Shown in pieces: positions 50,024 to 59,889 of a DNA stretch of 64,000 nucleotides. Position 1 is the stretch's first letter. Each line of letters begins with the position of its first letter. The DNA is from Gammaproteobacteria bacterium (GTDB lineage: Bacteria > Pseudomonadota > Gammaproteobacteria > Magnimaribacterales > AG-339-G14), in contig QOPF01000003.1 of the NCBI GenBank assembly GCA_003331625.1, forward strand, positions 12,355 through 76,354, read 5' to 3'. A program made the translations under genes and the position numbers. Under the pieces are notes generated by a model. It worked only from the letters and a program-made list of their open reading frames with translations, was not told the DNA's origin and did not search any database.

Positions 50024-51293
50024 GAGCTTTATAAACTAATTTTTCTATTTTGTTACCTATTTCTGGACTTCCAAGGACTTGTGACATATTCACAAAAACA
50101 AGATTATTGATTGGGTCAACCCAAAATGAAGTTCTTGCAGCTCCACCCCAAAAAAATGAATCATTGCCTCTTTTCATTCTCATTTTTTTTGAGTCCAAAG
50201 CTATCCCAACTGTTACTCCCATACCAAAGGAATCGAATTTAAAAGGCTTAGCTTTCTTTTCAACTTGATTAGAAGTCATGATGGAAACAGTTTCTGGTTT
50301 AAGAACTTCTTTTCCGTTTAATGATCCTTTGTTTAGAAGCATAGTTGCAAACTTTAGATAATCACTAGCTGTTGAGACCAAGCCTGAACCACCATCCTCA
50401 ATTGAAGCTTTTTGAAAGAAAAAGCTTTTTTCCTTAGGGTCAATTAAAAATAGTTTATTTTTTTTTGATTTGCTTTCTGGAGTATTTAATCCATATTCTT
50501 TAAAACCTTTTTTATGGGCATAGAGATCTATCATCCTATCCTGCTTCGACTCAGGCACCTCAAAGAAAGTATCATTCATGCCTAAGGGATCAAAAATATT
50601 TGCTTTTAAAAAAGAGCCAAAGCTTTGGTTTGAAGCTCGTTCAATAACGCAACCTAAAATATCCATTCCTATAGAATACGTCCATTTATCTCCTGGTTGA
50701 TGTACTAAAGGCAGAGATGCGACTTTTTCAGAAAAAGAACAAACGCTTGGATAACTTTTTATAGCAGGTCTTTCTAAGGAAACATTATCTAAAAAATAAT
50801 AGGGATATATTTCCTCTTGATCATATATTTCTTTAATTTTTCCTTTATCAACGAAAGAATATGTAAGTCCTGATGAGTGTGTTGCTAAGTCTAAAAGAGT
50901 TATTGGTCTTTCAAGATCTTCAAATGATTTATTCTTCTTATTGAAAACTTTTGTATTTTTAAACTCAGGAATGTATTTTTCTACTGGATCAAATAGTGAA
51001 ACTTTTCCTTCTTCAACTAAGATCATTAATGCTGCGCCGGTAATTGGTTTTGACATTGAGTAGATTCTAAATAAAGAATCCTCTTTTAATGGTGTTTGGT
51101 TCTCAATGTCTGAAAATCCTCTAGTATCGGAGAAAATTATCTCACCATCTTTATAAATTAAAGTAACAAAACCAGGATAGTTACCTTTTGATATTTCTTT
51201 AGAAAGATAACTTGTATATTTAGAAAAATCTAAATCTTCAGAGTAAATAAAACCTGAAAGAATAATGGCACATAGACAGATAATTTTTTTCAA
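50013..51293 (-). CDS. Serine hydrolase, beta-lactamase-like (esterase-type)
   Basis: Signal peptide, FRIYSMSK (SxxK), H.SGL.Y, PG..W.YS, PLGM.DT and WGG motifs. Confidence 0.88.
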   Translation of the reverse strand: MKKIICLCAIILSGFIYSEDLDFSKYTSYLSKEISKGNYPGFVTLIYKDGEIIFSDTRGFSDIENQTPLKEDSLFRIYSMSKPITGAALMILVEEGKVSLFDPVEKYIPEFKNTKVFNKKNKSFEDLERPITLLDLATHSSGLTYSFVDKGKIKEIYDQEEIYPYYFLDNVSLERPAIKSYPSVCSFSEKVASLPLVHQPGDKWTYSIGMDILGCVIERASNQSFGSFLKANIFDPLGMNDTFFEVPESKQDRMIDLYAHKKGFKEYGLNTPESKSKKNKLFLIDPKEKSFFFQKASIEDGGSGLVSTASDYLKFATMLLNKGSLNGKEVLKPETVSIMTSNQVEKKAKPFKFDSFGMGVTVGIALDSKKMRMKRGNDSFFWGGAARTSFWVDPINNLVFVNMSQVLGSPEIGNKIEKLVYKALDL

Positions 51294-51310
51294 TTTATCT
51301 CCTTATAAGT

Positions 51311-52030
51311 TTAATCAATTAAATAAGTGTTAAATAATAAACTATTTGATGCAAAGTTTTTATACTCTTCGCAATGATTAATGAACTTATTTTCCTTAAT
51401 TATATTAAGATCTTTAGAAAAAAAGTCAGTCTCTACCAAAATAACAAAATCAAAATCCATATTCTTAAACAAGGGAATTAGTAAATTTCTGTTATAGAAC
51501 TTTTCAGAAAATAAAGATGAATTCTTTATCCTTTCTTGTAAATAATTTAAGTCAAAACCGTCTTTTATTTTGCAAAAACCTATATAGGTCTGATCGCCAT
51601 CAGAGAAAGAATAATCACTATTAACATTTATCTCATAAAATCTTTGTTTGTTTTCATCACAATCAATAATTTCTTTTTTACTTATAAGCCAATTATTGAA
51701 GACCTCTGAATTAATTGAAAATTCTGAAAATGCATTTTTTTGGAGTTCATTTTCGTAAATATCCAGCCAAATAAAATCATAACCATCAAATTTTTCATAC
51801 GGATTTAAATATTTTGTTTCTTTTTTAAGACCGTTTCTACTCTCTAAATTATTTAGAAACCCAATATATGAAATTAATTCGTTATTTAAATCTTGAGGTT
51901 TGTAATTTTCATTATAAGAACACCAGGAAAACTCATAAATTTTTTTATTTTGATAAGAGCCAATATCCTCTTCTCCACTACACCCTATTAAAAGGCTAAA
52001 AAGTATAGAGATACAAATAACTTTTTTCAT
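51311..52030 (-). CDS. Hypothetical lipoprotein
   Basis: LLIGC lipobox; co-oriented within the nadAC-recX run. Confidence 0.65.
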   Translation of the reverse strand: MKKVICISILFSLLIGCSGEEDIGSYQNKKIYEFSWCSYNENYKPQDLNNELISYIGFLNNLESRNGLKKETKYLNPYEKFDGYDFIWLDIYENELQKNAFSEFSINSEVFNNWLISKKEIIDCDENKQRFYEINVNSDYSFSDGDQTYIGFCKIKDGFDLNYLQERIKNSSLFSEKFYNRNLLIPLFKNMDFDFVILVETDFFSKDLNIIKENKFINHCEEYKNFASNSLLFNTYLID

Positions 52031-52860
52031 AAAATATTCAGTGAAAAATCTATAGACTCAATATTTTTAGTAAGATCTCCGAGAGAAATATAATGAATTT
52101 TTAAATCTCTATACTTTTTTAAATCATCAGGATTTTTGATTCCAGATATTTCTATCAGACAGTTATTATCAATAATATTAATAGCTTTTTTAATTTCAAT
52201 AATAGATAAATTATCTAAAAGCAAAATATCGGGCTTTGCTTTTAAAGCTAATTTAATTTGAGATAATTTTTCAATTTCAATTTCTAAAAAATCACCTTTA
52301 TTTTTGTATTTGAGATTTTTTAATTTTGAAACTCCACCAAAAACTTTCAGATGATTATCCTTAAGCATTATTGCGTCAAATAATCCAAATCTATGATTCT
52401 TTGCTCCACCTAAGCTTGTTGAATACTTTTGCTCGTATCTCAGATTAGGCAATGTTTTTCTTGTATCAAGAAGTTCGATAGAGGAGTTTTTTAAAACCTT
52501 TGAATATTTGCTGGCTTTGGAAGCAATACCTGACATTAATTGTAAGAAATTTAATGCTGTTCTTTCTCCTGAAAGTATTGCTTCTGATTTTGCTTTTATA
52601 CGAACAATTTTTGAATCCTTTTTAAAAGAAGATCCTTCGTTCACATACCATTCGATTTTTGCATTTTTATCTATTATTTTAAAAGATTCTTCAAACCATG
52701 AACTGCCACTCAATGTTCCCTTCTGTCTTGTTGTAACCGAAGCTGAAATAATTTTATTTTTATTAAAGTTTTTAAGTTTTAAAGAAAGATCATTTTTATA
52801 GCCGTCCTCTAATAAAGCTTTTTTAACACTCTCTCTAACTTTGGACTTTATTAATTTCAA
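52027..52860 (-). CDS. nadC: Quinolinate phosphoribosyltransferase
   Basis: ERTALN, DTRKT.P, NHR.GL.D, LKDNH and LLDN motifs. Confidence 0.95.
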   Translation of the reverse strand: MKLIKSKVRESVKKALLEDGYKNDLSLKLKNFNKNKIISASVTTRQKGTLSGSSWFEESFKIIDKNAKIEWYVNEGSSFKKDSKIVRIKAKSEAILSGERTALNFLQLMSGIASKASKYSKVLKNSSIELLDTRKTLPNLRYEQKYSTSLGGAKNHRFGLFDAIMLKDNHLKVFGGVSKLKNLKYKNKGDFLEIEIEKLSQIKLALKAKPDILLLDNLSIIEIKKAINIIDNNCLIEISGIKNPDDLKKYRDLKIHYISLGDLTKNIESIDFSLNIL

Positions 52861-52861
52861 T

Positions 52862-53899
52862 TTACTTAAAATTAACCATTCGATTTAAAGAAATTTGTGC
52901 TTTTCGAATGGTTTCTTTAGCAACATGAATCTCATTTCTCTTATTGGAAATAGCATCATAAAGATTTTCTAACGAATTCATGCCCATCCAAGGACATCTA
53001 GAGCAGCTGTTACAAGTCGCACCATTACCAGCCGTAGGAGCTTCAAAAAATTCCTTATCTGGATTATTCTTTATTAATTGGTAGAAAATCCCTTTATCGG
53101 TTGCAACTATAAATTTTTTAGCTACTGAATTATTTGCATAATCAATGATTTGTGAAGTTGAGCCGACACAATCTGCCAGATCTACAACACTAGATGGTGA
53201 TTCTGGATGGACCAAAACATCGGCATCGTTATGAATTTTTTTTAAATTTAATAAGCCTTCATGTTTGAATTCTTCGTGAACTACACAAGCACCATCCCAT
53301 AAGATCATATCTGCCTTAGTTTCTTTTTGAATGTATCCTCCTAAATGCTTATCTGGTCCCCATACAATTTTTTTTCCTTCAGCATCGAGAAAGTCTATGA
53401 CTTCAAGAGCAATACTGGAAGTTACTACCCAATCTGCAATAGCTTTAACGTCTGCTGAAGTATTTGCATAAACAACAATTTCTCTGTCAGGATACTTATC
53501 ACAAAATTGTTTAAATTCTTCTGCAGGGCAACCTAAATCTAAGGAACATGTTGCCTCTAAAGTTGGCATATAGACACGTTTATTAGGGCTTAGTATTTTT
53601 GCTGTTTCCCCCATGAACTTAACTCCTGAAACAACTAAAGAATTAGAATTACATTCCTTTCCATATTTAGCCATTTGAAGAGAGTCGGAAACACATCCAC
53701 CCAAATCCTCGGTGATCTTTTGGATTTTATCATCAGTGTAATAATGAGAAATTAAAGCTATGTCTTCTTGTTTTACTATTTCTTTAATCCTATTGATTAA
53801 TTCATTTTCACGATCATTGGTCTTATCTTGTAAAGAAAGTCTATGTTTGTGCTGTTCTAATAAGCTTTTAGGGACGAGATTTTTAGCAGATGTTTCCAT
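52862..53899 (-). CDS. nadA: Quinolinate synthase
   Basis: HYY, DSL, V.FM.ETAKIL, CSL, YANT, C.VH, HPE and CPWM motifs. Confidence 0.96.
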   Translation of the reverse strand: METSAKNLVPKSLLEQHKHRLSLQDKTNDRENELINRIKEIVKQEDIALISHYYTDDKIQKITEDLGGCVSDSLQMAKYGKECNSNSLVVSGVKFMGETAKILSPNKRVYMPTLEATCSLDLGCPAEEFKQFCDKYPDREIVVYANTSADVKAIADWVVTSSIALEVIDFLDAEGKKIVWGPDKHLGGYIQKETKADMILWDGACVVHEEFKHEGLLNLKKIHNDADVLVHPESPSSVVDLADCVGSTSQIIDYANNSVAKKFIVATDKGIFYQLIKNNPDKEFFEAPTAGNGATCNSCSRCPWMGMNSLENLYDAISNKRNEIHVAKETIRKAQISLNRMVNFK

Positions 53900-53955
53900 T
53901 AATTTAAAATTATATTGTGAATTCTAATGAAAATAAGCAATATATTGAAATAATT

Positions 53956-54513
53956 ATGATTACTGAACTTAAAAATAATTTCTTATATTTTAGTCATTCA
54001 GAAGATGATGAAAATTACTTTAATAATTCTTTAATTTATTTATGTAAAAATAATGCTGAAGGCTCTTTTGGATTAATTATCAATAAGAGAATTCAGATTA
54101 AATTGAAGGATTTTTCTTTGCAGCCAGATAAAGAGCTTGAAGAAAAACTAAACGATAATAGAGTTTTTCTAGGAGGTCCTGTTACGCCTTTTTCTCCTTT
54201 TGTAATACACAGTCTTGATAAAAAATATGAAGAAACTCTCGAAATAGATTCCGATATAGGAGTTTCTTCAAAATCAGATGTCATTGAATCAATTTTAAAA
54301 AAAGACTTTCCTAACCAATTCATTGTTTCTTTTGGCTATACGGGATGGGGTCCAGGTCAACTTGAAAAAGAAATCAAAGAAGGATCTTGGATAATAATTC
54401 CTTCGAATGAGCAAATAATTTTTTCAACTAAAGGAGATCAAAAGGTAAGTGAGGCTAGTAAACTTGCTGGTTTCAACCTTAATTTAGTTAGTAGTCAATA
54501 TGGTAAAGCTTAA
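53956..54513 (+). CDS. YqgE/AlgH family protein
   Basis: G.FGLIINK, GGPV and GY.GW.PGQLE.EI..GSW motifs; ATG at 53956 preferred. Confidence 0.88.
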   Translation: MITELKNNFLYFSHSEDDENYFNNSLIYLCKNNAEGSFGLIINKRIQIKLKDFSLQPDKELEEKLNDNRVFLGGPVTPFSPFVIHSLDKKYEETLEIDSDIGVSSKSDVIESILKKDFPNQFIVSFGYTGWGPGQLEKEIKEGSWIIIPSNEQIIFSTKGDQKVSEASKLAGFNLNLVSSQYGKA

Positions 54514-56515
54514 AACATTTTACATCCTCCTAATAGGAATGCTTTTACTAGCAAGTTGTAATGTCCTAGCTGATGAGAAGGCGATTGCATCAAACTCTTC
54601 GTTAGAGCTATTTACTCAGAACAAGACAATATCTGATGAAAAAGAAATATATTTGTTGGCTAAATTTTCTTTACAAAAGGATTGGCATACTTATTGGATC
54701 AATCCTGGGGATTCAGGAGAAGCAGCAACTTTTGAATGGGATCTTCCTGATGGCTTTCAAGTAACTGGCCCTTTTTGGCCAGAGCCAGAAGTTATTCCTT
54801 ATCCGCCACTAACTACTTATGGTTACACCGATAATCTAAATCTCCTTTTTAAGATTTCTATTCCTAATGATGCAAGAGAAATAAATACCATTACAGTTAA
54901 TTCTAAATGGCTTGTATGTGCTGATGTCTGTATCCCCCAAGAAGGAAAAGCAAAAGTTTCTATTCAAAAATCTATCTCCTCTGAATTTTCTAATGAATCA
55001 GGACTTATTAACAAAGCTATTCTTAATTTACCTGAAAAAATTGAGACTCCAATATTAGCTATCGTTGAAAATAATAATCTTGTTCTAAAATCTAATTTAA
55101 TTAAATCAGTTAATTCAAATATATATTTTTTTCCTTTCAGAGAAGGAGTTATAGATTATTCAAAAAAACAAAAAATTCTAGAAAAAGACAATTCGTATTC
55201 TTTAAGAATTCCTTTAATGGCTAATAAGACTAATATTTCTCTATTGAAAGGAGGAATTTTAAAAACTAATTCTAAAGCATATGAAATTAAAGTTTCATCA
55301 GCAGGACAGTACTCTTCGATCTCAGGTGAGCCTCAGTTCATCTCTATAGGACTGGCTATTGTTTTTTCTTTAATTGGCGGCTTGTTACTCAACCTAATGC
55401 CATGTGTTTTTCCTGTCATATCATTAAAAATTCTTAATTTTGTAGAGCATTCTGAAAACAAAACTCAAGTTACATTTCATGGCTTGTCATTTTCTTTTGG
55501 TGCCATTTTGATGTTTGTTCTGATAGGTTTGTCCGTAGTTGCTCTTAAAATGTCTGGTATTGATGTAGGCTGGGGTTACCAGCTTCAATCTCCTTTAATC
55601 GTTAGTTTGCTTATTTTTTTATTTATTTTCTTATCAGGTTTTTTTCTATTAAATGTAAATTTTTTAAATTCACTTTCAAATGTAGGAAATTTTGGCCTAC
55701 AAAATTCTAGCTACTTAAATTCATTAGGAACGGGTTTTCTAGCAGTCATAGTAGCAACTCCATGCACGGCACCTTTTATGGGCTCAGCATTAGGATTTGC
55801 AATACTTCAGCCAGGAATATATTCCTTCTTAATTTTTCTTTTTTTAGGAATAGGTTTTACTTTGCCCTACCTTCTTCTATCTGCATTCCCAAAGATGTTA
55901 TCTGCTTTGCCTAAGCCTGGATTATGGATGGAAACTTTCAAGCAATTTATGGCTTTTCCTATGATCTTGACTGCTCTTTGGCTGATATGGGTTTTAAGTA
56001 GTCAAATAAGCTCTTTTCAACTCGTTCTTGTTTTGGGAGGAGTTGTATTAATAATATTCTTTTATTGGATAAATCAGCTCGATATAAAAACTCTTTCGGT
56101 TAAAAGATTTAGATATTTTTTGTATGTATTAATTGCTGGGTTAATATTTTTTACCCTTCCATTAGAGGATTATTCTAAAAAAAATATTATTGGTAATTTT
56201 TCAGAAGAAATAATTTCTGAAAAGTTGTCTCAAGGACCGGTTTTTTTAAATTTTACGGCTGATTGGTGTATAACTTGCAAAGTAAACGAAAGGATTGCCT
56301 TGAAAAGAGAATCTATTTCTGCCCTTTTTGATGAAAAGAATATTTCTTATATTGAAATAGATTGGACTAATAAAAATGATGAAATAGCTAAAAAATTGGC
56401 AAGTTTTGGAAGATCTAGCATTCCTTTATACGTCTACTATTCTTCAGAAAATGCAGAGCCAATTATCCTGCCTGAGATATTAACCGAAAATATAATTAAA
56501 GATTACTTAAGATAG
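54500..56515 (+). CDS. dsbD: DsbD-family thiol:disulfide interchange protein
   Basis: WHTYW.NPGDSG and CADVC N-domain, MPCVFP and ATPCTAP TM cysteines, FTADWCITC thioredoxin domain. Confidence 0.88.
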   Translation: MVKLKTFYILLIGMLLLASCNVLADEKAIASNSSLELFTQNKTISDEKEIYLLAKFSLQKDWHTYWINPGDSGEAATFEWDLPDGFQVTGPFWPEPEVIPYPPLTTYGYTDNLNLLFKISIPNDAREINTITVNSKWLVCADVCIPQEGKAKVSIQKSISSEFSNESGLINKAILNLPEKIETPILAIVENNNLVLKSNLIKSVNSNIYFFPFREGVIDYSKKQKILEKDNSYSLRIPLMANKTNISLLKGGILKTNSKAYEIKVSSAGQYSSISGEPQFISIGLAIVFSLIGGLLLNLMPCVFPVISLKILNFVEHSENKTQVTFHGLSFSFGAILMFVLIGLSVVALKMSGIDVGWGYQLQSPLIVSLLIFLFIFLSGFFLLNVNFLNSLSNVGNFGLQNSSYLNSLGTGFLAVIVATPCTAPFMGSALGFAILQPGIYSFLIFLFLGIGFTLPYLLLSAFPKMLSALPKPGLWMETFKQFMAFPMILTALWLIWVLSSQISSFQLVLVLGGVVLIIFFYWINQLDIKTLSVKRFRYFLYVLIAGLIFFTLPLEDYSKKNIIGNFSEEIISEKLSQGPVFLNFTADWCITCKVNERIALKRESISALFDEKNISYIEIDWTNKNDEIAKKLASFGRSSIPLYVYYSSENAEPIILPEILTENIIKDYLR

Positions 56516-56516
56516 T

Positions 56517-57032
56517 TTAAGCAACAATATATTCTTGCCAGTCAGTTTCGAATTTTTTAGCTTCCACAACTTTTTGGCCTTTAAGAAGATCTCTTAAAGA
56601 AGGTTTTTTTACTTCTGGACTTGGATTTATAATCTTGTCTGCTTTCTGTAAATTACAAGACTTGCAACACGTTGTTACATTCATCCAATTAGTCTCTCCG
56701 CCCTTACTTTTTGGAATAATATGATCGATCGTTAAATCTTTCTTTTCAAAAACTTCTTTGCAGTATAAGCAAGTAAACATATCTCTAAGAAAAACGTTTG
56801 ATCGTGAAAATTTAACTTTTTTTGAAAACTTATAATATTTTCTAAGCATGACAATGCTCGGAACTTTAAATGTTTGAGAAGGAGATCTTACCTCCCAATC
56901 TTTGTGCTCTTTGATGATTATGACATTTCTTGTAAAAACCAACTTTACCGCAGTTTTCCAATCTACTGCTGATAACGGAAAGTAGCTCAAAGGTTTTCCA
57001 TTGCCATTTAATATTAAACAATCATTAGACAT
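56517..57032 (-). CDS. HNH endonuclease
   Basis: FSR.NV.LRD...C.YC, LTIDHIIP.SKGG...W.N....C..CN..K motifs; start uncertain (57032, 57044 or 57071). Confidence 0.9.
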   Translation of the reverse strand: MSNDCLILNGNGKPLSYFPLSAVDWKTAVKLVFTRNVIIIKEHKDWEVRSPSQTFKVPSIVMLRKYYKFSKKVKFSRSNVFLRDMFTCLYCKEVFEKKDLTIDHIIPKSKGGETNWMNVTTCCKSCNLQKADKIINPSPEVKKPSLRDLLKGQKVVEAKKFETDWQEYIVA

Positions 57033-57109
57033 TAATAAAATCATACAAGATTTTTTAGTTTTTTTAATCATATAAATAAAAAAAATTTTTTAGTGCTAGA
57101 ATGCGCAGC

Positions 57110-58117
57110 ATGGAGTTCCTAGGAAGCCACATACTCTCCATAGATCAGTTTGAAAGACCTGATATCGAAAAAATATTTTCTACTTCAGACCATCTTCTTC
57201 CTTACGCAAAGAGAGAAAGAATTACAAGAATTTTACAAGGAGCTATTCTCAGCAATATGTTTTTTGAGCCAAGCACCAGAACAAGGATTAGCTTTGGAAG
57301 TGCTTTCAATATTCTTGGAGGAGAAGTTAGGGAAACGACTGGTATAGAAGCGACTTCACTGTCGAAAGGCGAATCGCTTTATGATACTTCACGAGTTTTA
57401 AGCGGATATAGCGATATTATTGTTATGAGACACCATGAGGCTGGATCGGTTAGTGAATTTGCCGACGCATCAAGAGTGCCGGTTATAAATGGTGGAGATG
57501 GAGATAACGAACATCCAAGTCAAGCTTTGTTAGATCTTTATACAATAGAGAAAGAACTTAAATCAAAAAACAAAACTATTGATGGACTTAGAATTGCTCT
57601 TATTGGTGATCTTAAATATGGCAGAGCTGTACATTCCTTGTGTAAAGTATTGTCGCTTTTCAACAACGTAACTATAAATTTAGTATCGCCAGAAAAATTA
57701 GAACTTCCCTTTTCCATTAAAGAAAGCTTTAGCAACTCTTCAGTTTCTTTTTTTGAAACTGATGATATTAAAGAAGGCATCTCTGATGTAGACATTATCT
57801 ACATGACTAGAATTCAAGAAGAACGATTTTCAAGCAGAAATGAATCCGATAAGTATAAAGGCTTGATGTCTCTCAATCAGGAGATTTATACAAAAAATTG
57901 TGAGCCGAACACTATTATCATGCATCCTCTTCCTCGTGATTCAAGGCCAGATGCAAATGAACTTGACTCTGATTTAAATCAAAACCCTAATTTAGCTATT
58001 TACAGGCAAACTGATAATGGCCTTCTTATTAGAATGGCTCTATTTTCTCTTGTTTTAGGAGTTGATAAGAAAATTGAAGACTCAACCTCTGAGATTGCTT
58101 GGTACTCGGATAAGTAA
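57110..58117 (+). CDS. pyrB: Aspartate carbamoyltransferase catalytic subunit
   Basis: FFEPSTRT, KGESL.D, HPSQ, GDLKYGR, TRIQ.ER and HPLPR motifs; start is 57101 or 57110. Confidence 0.96.
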   Translation: MEFLGSHILSIDQFERPDIEKIFSTSDHLLPYAKRERITRILQGAILSNMFFEPSTRTRISFGSAFNILGGEVRETTGIEATSLSKGESLYDTSRVLSGYSDIIVMRHHEAGSVSEFADASRVPVINGGDGDNEHPSQALLDLYTIEKELKSKNKTIDGLRIALIGDLKYGRAVHSLCKVLSLFNNVTINLVSPEKLELPFSIKESFSNSSVSFFETDDIKEGISDVDIIYMTRIQEERFSSRNESDKYKGLMSLNQEIYTKNCEPNTIIMHPLPRDSRPDANELDSDLNQNPNLAIYRQTDNGLLIRMALFSLVLGVDKKIEDSTSEIAWYSDK

Positions 58118-58121
58118 TCTT

Positions 58122-59384
58122 CTAATTTACGACTAAAACATCTTTCAAGCTTGTTGTATATCGTGGAGACTGTAATTGTCTTTTCATTGACCATTCTTTC
58201 TTTATTCCTTGAGCAAGAAAACTAATTTGACCCAAGCTACTTTTATTTACCTGATCTAACAAAGCCATCATTTTAAAATCTTTAGAGTTTCTATCTTTTT
58301 TCTTAAAAAGGTCTAACTGATATGTAGTTTCATCAAAAAAATTATTCAGCATGATGCCTGCTTTATTATAGTTAAAACCTTCCTTGTAAAGGTCTTTAAG
58401 CAAGAGTTTTGCGTGCTTGATTAAATCTCTCGTATCATTTGTAGGGTACAACATAGAAAAAGATCTAATTTCCCTATGCTGGATATCTTGCTTTCTAAAA
58501 GGATTTGTTCTGATGAATACAGATAGCATCTTACAAGTCTTACCTTCTTTTCTTAGTTTTTCTGCTGCTCGAGCAGCATAGTCGCTGACTGCTTCCTCTA
58601 GATAATCTAACTCAGTTACGCGAGTACTAAAAGTTCGGCTGACGACTATTTGTTTTTTGGGGGACGGCGCACTATCTAAAGGAATACAAGATTCTCCTTT
58701 CAGCTCTCTAATGGTATTGACTAACATAATACTAAATTGCTTTCGAACCTGTTCGATATTCATGTTTATAAGGTCAAATGTTGTTAATACTTTTTGAGAA
58801 ATAAGTCGTTTATTAAGTCTACGGCCAACTCCCCAAATTTCATTGACTGGCATTAAAGTCATAAGTTTTTCTCTTCTGTATAAATCCGTAATATCTAAAA
58901 CTCCCTGAGTAGTTGGGTAACGCTTCGCTCCATAACTTGCAGCTTTGGCTAAGGTTTTTGTTGGGCCTATACCTACTCTTACAGGCATACCTGTATATTG
59001 CATAATTTGCTTTTGACAAGTCCTGCCGAATTCTTCCAAATTCATACAGTGTGAGATTCCTGTTAAATCTAAAAATGCTTCATCGATGCTATAGACTTCT
59101 ACCTTAGGAGCTAACTCTTCTAAGATACTCATAATTCTCGATGAAATGTCCCCATATAATTCATAATTAGATGAAAACGCGATACCGCCTTTTTGTTTGA
59201 ACTCTCTTTCAATCTTAAACCAGGGATCGCACATCTTAACGCCAAGATTTTTTGCTTCCTTAGTTAAAGCGACCACACAGCCATCATTATTAGATAAAAC
59301 TACAACTGGTTTCGTTCTGAGATCTGGTCTGAAGACTCTTTCACAAGAGGCATAAAAACTATTGCAGTCAACTAAAGCAAACAT
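58122..59384 (-). CDS. umuC: Y-family DNA polymerase V subunit UmuC
   Basis: ALVDCNSFYASCE, LSNNDGC, SSNYELY, YSIDEAF and W.M.R...SPRYTT motifs. Confidence 0.96.
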   Translation of the reverse strand: MFALVDCNSFYASCERVFRPDLRTKPVVVLSNNDGCVVALTKEAKNLGVKMCDPWFKIEREFKQKGGIAFSSNYELYGDISSRIMSILEELAPKVEVYSIDEAFLDLTGISHCMNLEEFGRTCQKQIMQYTGMPVRVGIGPTKTLAKAASYGAKRYPTTQGVLDITDLYRREKLMTLMPVNEIWGVGRRLNKRLISQKVLTTFDLINMNIEQVRKQFSIMLVNTIRELKGESCIPLDSAPSPKKQIVVSRTFSTRVTELDYLEEAVSDYAARAAEKLRKEGKTCKMLSVFIRTNPFRKQDIQHREIRSFSMLYPTNDTRDLIKHAKLLLKDLYKEGFNYNKAGIMLNNFFDETTYQLDLFKKKDRNSKDFKMMALLDQVNKSSLGQISFLAQGIKKEWSMKRQLQSPRYTTSLKDVLVVN

Positions 59385-59385
59385 C

Positions 59386-59811
59386 TTAAAATTGATTTAT
59401 TGCCGCGGTAACAACTCCCATAATGTCTAGTTCTTGACCATTTTTTAGAAAGATTGGTGGATATTTAATATTTTCTGACAACAATCCTACCTTAGGTACT
59501 AATTGAAGACGCTTACAAGCATAAGCTCCATCAACGGAAGCAATAACAATATCGCCATGTTTGGGTTCCAAGCTTCTATCTACTACAAGTATTGCGCCAT
59601 TATTAATACCTGCATTCAACATGGAATCTCCGCTTGCCCTAACTAAATAAGTAGCTGCTGGAGCTTTAATTAATAGCTGATGCAAATCAATAGATTTTTC
59701 TATGTAGTCATCTGCAGGGCTCGGCCAACCTACTTGAACATATTCAGAAAACAAAGGTGTTTCTAGATTTTTGTCAGAGTCTGTGATCTGCCCTAAATGT
59801 TTTAAATTCAT
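59386..59811 (-). CDS. umuD: DNA polymerase V accessory subunit UmuD (S24 peptidase)
   Basis: G.PSPADDY, GDSM catalytic Ser, KRL catalytic Lys; directly upstream of umuC. Confidence 0.94.
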   Translation of the reverse strand: MNLKHLGQITDSDKNLETPLFSEYVQVGWPSPADDYIEKSIDLHQLLIKAPAATYLVRASGDSMLNAGINNGAILVVDRSLEPKHGDIVIASVDGAYACKRLQLVPKVGLLSENIKYPPIFLKNGQELDIMGVVTAAINQF

Positions 59812-59834
59812 AAATATTAAGGTTGAATAATTAA

Positions 59835-59854
59835 TACTGTATATATATACAGTA
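59835..59854. promoter_or_regulatory. LexA (SOS) box
   Basis: Perfect palindrome TACTGTATATATATACAGTA 23 bp upstream of the umuD ATG. Confidence 0.93.
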
Positions 59855-59889
59855 TATTTGCATTCAGAAAAAATGCAACTGGAATTTTA

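Noticed and set aside
50013-51293. Beta-lactam resistance gene
   Set aside because: The motifs fit the broad esterase-type serine hydrolase family; nothing supports a true beta-lactamase
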